Under the pieces are notes generated by a model that worked only from the letters and a program-made list of their open reading frames with translations, ran no database searches and was not told the origin of the DNA. A stretch of 64,000 nt of DNA. Origin: Macrostomum hystrix. Lineage: Eukaryota > Animalia > Platyhelminthes. Location: positions 7,316,001-7,380,000 of the forward strand of contig CATNEN010000025.1 of NCBI GenBank assembly GCA_950097015.1, given 5' to 3'. Positions 57,895 to 64,000 of the stretch are shown piece after piece. The position numbers were made by a program, and so were the translations under genes. The first letter of the stretch is position 1. The number at the start of each line of letters is the position of its first letter.

Positions 57895-60490
57895 ACTGAA
57901 TCCAGAATCCGACATCTGAGTCCAGAATCCGACATCTGAATCCAGAATCCAACATCTGAATCCAGAATCCAACATCTGAATCCTGATTGCGACATCTGAA
58001 TCCTGAATCTGACATCTGAGTCCAGAATCCAACATCTGAGTCCAGAATCTGACATCTGAATCCAGAATCCAACATCTGAGTCCAGAATCCGACATCTGAA
58101 TCCAGAATCCGACATCTCAGTCCAGAATCCGACATCTGAGTCCAGAATCCGACATCTGAGTCCAGAATCCGACATCTGAATCCACAAACCGACATCTGAG
58201 TCCAGAAACCGACATCTGAATCCAGAATCCGACATCTGAATCCAGAATCCAACATCTGAGTCCTGATTGCGACATCTGAATCCAGAATCCGACATCTGAA
58301 TCCAGAATCCAACATCTGAGTCCACAATCCGACATCTGAATCCACAATCCAATATCTGAGACCAGAATCCAACATCAGAATCCAGAATCCAACATCTGAA
58401 TCCAGAATCCAACATCTGAGTCCAGAATCCAACATCTAAATTCAGAATCCAACATCTGAATCCAGAATCCGACATCGGAGTCCAGAATCCAACATCTGAA
58501 TCCAGAATCCAACATCTGAATCCAGAATCCAACATCTGAGTCCAGAATCCAACATCTGAATCCAGAATCCAACATCTGAATCCAGAATCCAACATCTGAG
58601 TCCAGAATCCAACATCAGAATCCAGAATCCAACATCTGAATCCAGAATCCAACATCTAAATCCAGAATCCAACATCTGAATCCAGAATCCAACATCGGAG
58701 TCCAGAATCCAACATCTGAATCCAGAATCCAACATCAGAATCCAGAATCCAACATCTGAATCCAGAATCCAACATCTAAATCCAGAATCCAACATCTGAA
58801 TCCAGAATCCGACATCGGAGTCCAGAATCCAACATCTGAATCCAGAATCCAACATCTGAATCCAGAATCCAACATCTGAATCCTGATTGCGACATCTGAA
58901 TCCTGAATCTGACATCTGAATCCAGAATCCGACATCTGAGTCCAGAAACCGACATCTGAGTCCAGAAACCGACATCTGAATCCAGAATCCGACATCTAAA
59001 TCCAGAATCCAACATCTGAGTCCTGATTGCGACATCTGAGTCCAGAATCCGACATCTGAATCCAGAATCCGACATCTCAGTCCAGAATCCGACATCTGAG
59101 TCCAGAATCCGACATCTGAGTCCAGAATCCAACATCTGAATCCAGAAACCGACATCTGAGTCCAGAAACCGACATCTGAGTCCAGAAACCGACATCTGAA
59201 TCCAGAATCCGACATCTGAATCCAGAATCCAACATCTGAGTCCTGATTGCGACATCTGAATCCAGAATCCGACATCTGAATCCAGAATCCAACATCTGAG
59301 TCCACAATCCGACATCTGAATCCACAATCCAATATCTGAATCCACAATCCAACATCTAAATCCAGAATCCAACATCTGAATCCAGAATCCAACATCTGAA
59401 TCCAGAATCCAACATCTGAATCCAGAATCCAACATTTGAATCCAGAATCCAACATCTGAATCCAGAATCCAACATCTGAGTCCAGAATCCAACATCAGAA
59501 TCCAGAATCCAACATCTGAATCCAGAATCCAACATCTAAATCCAGAATCCAACATCTGAATCCAGAATCCGACATCGGAGTCCAGAATCCAACATCTGAA
59601 TCCAGAATCCGACATCGGAGTCCAGAATCCAACATCTGAATCCAGAATCCAACATCTGAATCCAGAATCCAACATCTGAGTCCAGAATCCAACATCTGAA
59701 TCCAGAATCCAACATCTGAATCCAGAATCCAACATCTGAGTCCAGAATCCAACATCAGAATCCAGAATCCAACATCTGAATCCAGAATCCAACATCTAAA
59801 TCCAGAATCCAACATCTGAATCCAGAATCCGACATCGGAGTCCAGAATCCAACATCTGAATCCAGAATCCAACATCTAAATCCACAATCCGACATCTGAA
59901 TCCACAATCCAATATCTGAATCCAGAATCCAACATCTAAATCCAGAATCCAACATCTGAATCCAGAATCCAACATCTGAATCCAGAATCCAACATTTGAA
60001 TCCAGAATCCAACATCTGAATCCAGAATCCAACATCTAAATCCAGAATCCAACATCTAAATCCACAATCCGACATCTGAATCCACAATCCAATATCTGAA
60101 TCCAGAATCCAACATCTTAATCCACAATCAGACATCTGAATCCACAATCCAACATCTAAATCCAGAATCCAACATTTGAATCCAGAATCCAACATCTGAA
60201 TTCAGAATCCAACATCTGAATCCTGATTGCGACATCTGAATCCAGAATCCGACATCTGAGTCCAGAATCCAACATCTGAATCCTGATTGCGACATCTGAA
60301 TCCAGAATCCGACATCTGAATCCAGAATCCGACATCTGAGTCCAGAATCCAACATCTGAGTCCAGAATCCAACATCTGAATCCAGAATCCGACATCTGAA
60401 TCCAGAATCCGACATTTGAATCCAGAATCCGACATCTGAATCCAGAATCCGACATCTGAATCCAGAATCCGACATCTGAATCCAGAATCC
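57895..60490. repeat. 20-bp minisatellite, 2.6 kb, with a 960-bp higher-order echo
   Basis: tccagaatccaacatctgaa; the rare variant gacatctcag occurs at 58111 and 59071. Confidence 0.97.
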
Positions 60491-61069
60491 AGCAATCTCA
60501 GCATTGCAACCGCAGCAGGGCCAGCATTGCGAGTGTACTTGTTTCGGCACAAGCATTGTGCGCGTGTGAGATAAGACTTTCTCCATCCTCATTTCTGCGG
60601 TACCAGAACGCATTAGCCAAAGCCAACCAAACATTAGCCAGTCCACGCATTTTCCACATAGTTTCTGAAGACACGAAAAACAGCTATTCAAACATAAGCG
60701 ATAAATAATTCATGCTGATACAGCGGCTAGATACTCTGTCTCCAACAGACTGGAGAACCCTTTCCCCCGACCCGGCTGTTCTCAATACTGGACCACTCGG
60801 ACTATCTACAGTTTTTTTGGTGTGTCGTTTACTATTAATCTTTTCCCCGCCTCATTTGGTATTAACGACTGAATGTCGATGGACATCTGTAGCTTTTATC
60901 GCTTCTTTAAAGGAAATCAATGATTGTAGGGAATTCCCTTGCGGGCCGACTAGCCAGAAATTTAACTAGCTGTCTTGGAATCGAATTTATTAACAAAAAA
61001 ATTATTCCCCAAACGATTATCCCAATAAAACAAACTTCTTAGAAACCATACTCAAAGAAGGTTGATTCT

Positions 61070-61670
61070 TGTGTCTAACAGGTTCATTCAGGTGTCTAAC
61101 AGGTTAATTCAGGTGTCTAACAGGTTAATTCTGGTGTCTAACAGGTTAATTCAGGTGTCTAACAGGTTAATTCTGATGTCTAACAGATTGATTCTGATGT
61201 CTAGTAGATTGATTCTGATGTCTAGTGTCTAACAGAAGATTTAGGTGTCTAACAGAAGATTTAGGTGTCTAACAGAAGATTTAGGTTTCTAACAGAAGAT
61301 TTAGGTGTCTAACAGAAGATTTAGGTGTCTAACCGAAGATTTAGGTGTCTAACAGAAGATTTAGGTGTCTAACAGAAGATTTAGGTTTCTAACAGAAGAT
61401 TTAGGTGTCTAACAGAAGATTTAGGTGTCTAACAGAAGATTTAGGTGTCTAACAGAAGATTTAGGTGTCTAACAGAAGATTTAGGTGTCTAACAGAATAT
61501 TTAGGTGTCTAACAGAAGATTTAGGTTTCTAACAGAAGATTTAGGTGTCTAACAGAAGATTTAGGTTTCTAACAGAAGATTTAGGTGTCTAACAGAAGAT
61601 TTAGGTGTCTAACAGAAGATTTAGGTGTCTAACAGAAGATTTAGGTGACGAACAGAAGATTTAGGTGTCT
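61070..61670. repeat. 20-bp minisatellite
   Basis: aacagaagatttaggtgtct. Confidence 0.96.
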
Positions 61671-62567
61671 ACAATTTGTGGCCAGTCTGCTTTTGTTAGA
61701 GATTTTTTATCTAATAAACCAAATCGTGCTTCTAATTTCGAGTAGTGACAAATTATTGAAACCATATTCGAAAAATCACTGACCCGAATCACTGTTCGTG
61801 TTCAATCGAAAAGTCGCTTCTACTTGGCGGGAAGTATATATAGGGCTGGGAATTAACAAAACTTTTTTTATCCTCCCGGGCATTGGATTCTGAAGAGTGA
61901 CCACTTGAAATTTAGATTGATCCCCTCTACTTTGACTCTTTGGCATAAAATCGTTTTGCTTCTTCTTTTTAATGAAACTTTTCCATTCAATGAAAGTCTA
62001 GCTTTTATGTACTAAAAATGTTGCTTACATAAAAATTTTAAATTTGATTAAGCTGAGTGAGTTTTAATACATTTTCAGTTAAACAAAATTTCCGGCATAA
62101 ACCCGGAAAATAGAATGAGCAACTTGATACTGCGCTTGTAATTAAAAGTTATTGACTCAAAAATGTAAGGAAATATATTTGTATTTTATTTAATATTCCC
62201 CTTGTTCTACTAGACAGGTCCTAAGAAAGGGATGAATTTCAGTCAATAGAATTTGATCGATAATACCGTCGGGAGTGTGCCATCAAGCTTTAATCCTCAG
62301 CTTAGCAGCTGCGACGGGACCACGGAGAAATAATGGCCGGTAATTATTTTTATCCGAACTGCACTTGTCCCTGAGGAACAAGGTGGGAGCATTGCCACGG
62401 GCTGTGGAGGCTGTTTAAGTGGGGATCAGGAGGAGCAGGGTATTTCTGAGGGTGCTCGAACTGCGGACAACAAAGGATCCAGATATCTTCACATACCTCT
62501 TTCGAGTGGGAGAGCGGACAGCGGAATGGGGATGTCTTGACCTGCGGATCTGAGCAGTAACCGGGAG

Positions 62568-64000
62568 GATGGGATAAGATACAAACTGATGGGATAAGAT
62601 ACAAACTGATGGGATAAGATCCAAACTGATGGGATAAGATCCAAACTGATGGGATAAGATACAAACTGATGGGATAAGATACAAACTGATGGGATAAGAT
62701 CCAAACTGATGGGATAAGATACAAACTGATGGGATAAGATACAAACTGATGGGATAAGATACAAACTGATGGGATAAGATCCAAACTGATGGGATAAGAT
62801 ACAAACTGATGGGATAAGATCCAAACTGATGGGATAAGATCCAAACTGATGGGATAAAATACAACTGATGGGATAAGATCCAAACTGATGGGATAAGATC
62901 CAAACTGATGGGATAAGATCCAAACTGATGGGATAAGATCCAAACTGATGGGATAAGATCCAAACTGATGGGATAAGATCCAAACTGATGGGATAAGATC
63001 CAAACTGATGGGATAAGATCCAAACTGATGGGATAAGATTAAAACTGATGGGATAAGATCCAAACTGATGGGATAAGATCCAAACTGATGGGATAAGATA
63101 CAAGCTGATGGGATAAGATCCAAACTGATGGGATAAGATACAAACTGATGGGATAAGATCCAAACTGATGGGATAAGATCCAAACTGATGGGATAAGATA
63201 CAAACTGATGGGATAAGATACAAACTGATGGGATAAGATACAAGCTGATGGGATAAGATACAAACTGATGGGATAAGATCCAAACTGATGGGATAAGATA
63301 CAAGCTGATGGGATAAGATACAAACTGATGGGATAAGATCCAAACTGATGGGATAAGATACAAACTGATGGGATAAGATCCAAACTGATGGGATAAGATC
63401 CAAACTGATGGGATAAGATACAAACTGATGGGATAAGATCCAAACTGATGGGATAAGATCCAAACTGATGGGATAAGATCCAAACTGATGGGATAAAATA
63501 CAAACTGATGGGATAAGATCCAAACTGATGGGATAAGATACAAACTGATGGGATAAGATCCAAACTGATGGGATAAGATCAAAACTGATGGGATAAGATC
63601 CAAACTGATGGGATAAGATCCAAACTGATGGGATAAGATCCAAACTGATGCGATAAGATACAAACTGATGGGATAAGATCCAAACAGATGGGATAAGATC
63701 CAAACTGATGGGATAAGATACAAACTGATGGGATAAGATACAAACTGATGGGATAAGATACAAACTGATGGGATAAGATCCAAACTGATGGGATAAGATA
63801 CAAACTGATGGGATAAGATCCAAACTGATGGGATAAGATCCAAACTGATGCGATAAGATACAAACTGATGGGATAAGATACAAACTGATGGGATAAGATA
63901 CAAACTGATGGGATAAGATCCAAACTGATGGGATAAGATACAAACTGATGGGATAAGATCCAAACTGATGGGATAAGATCCAAACTGATGCGATAAGATA
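62568..64000. repeat. 20-bp minisatellite running off the right edge
   Basis: aaactgatgggataagat(c/a)c. Confidence 0.97.

Noticed and set aside
62568-64000. Unit CTGATG-GGAT-AAG-ATCC-AAA looks like a hammerhead core with stem II
   Set aside because: It lacks the required A9 and G12, and there is no stem I/III or NUH cleavage triplet.

Overview
This window is animal nuclear DNA with spliceosomal GT-AG introns, the standard code, GC-rich exons and AT-rich introns. About a third of it (my tally is ~22-23 kb) is tandem minisatellite with 10-99 bp units. That architecture best fits a free-living flatworm such as Macrostomum, but the species is inference only. Genes built by hand from splice phases: (1) first visible coding exon of serine palmitoyltransferase 2 (SPTLC2, minus strand, runs off the left edge); (2) complete 5-exon TIMM44 (+, 410 aa); (3) a strongly divergent dystrophin-family gene (minus, >=14 exons, >=1140 aa) with EF-hand remnant, ZZ and coiled coil but no visible WW; (4) a 4-kb intronless EGFR/ErbB receptor kinase (minus, 1347 aa); (5) complete 5-exon STARD10/PCTP-like gene (minus, 278 aa); (6) an unrecognised single-pass membrane protein (minus). 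Mobile DNA: a Merlin/IS1595-family deletion derivative with TIRs and a perfect 8-bp TSD, two copies of a TTAA-flanked element with unusual CAGTAG termini, two tRNA-derived SINE families (two copies each) and a LINE 3' fragment. All long repetitive ORFs in the supplied track are translations of minisatellites. I see no prokaryote-type system (no CRISPR, rRNA or true tRNA). Best leads: the reduced dystrophin paralog, a 4x 99-bp repeat with back-to-back polyA signals between convergent genes, the CAGTAG/TTAA element, the intronless EGFR, and minisatellites that appear seeded from nearby unique sequence.
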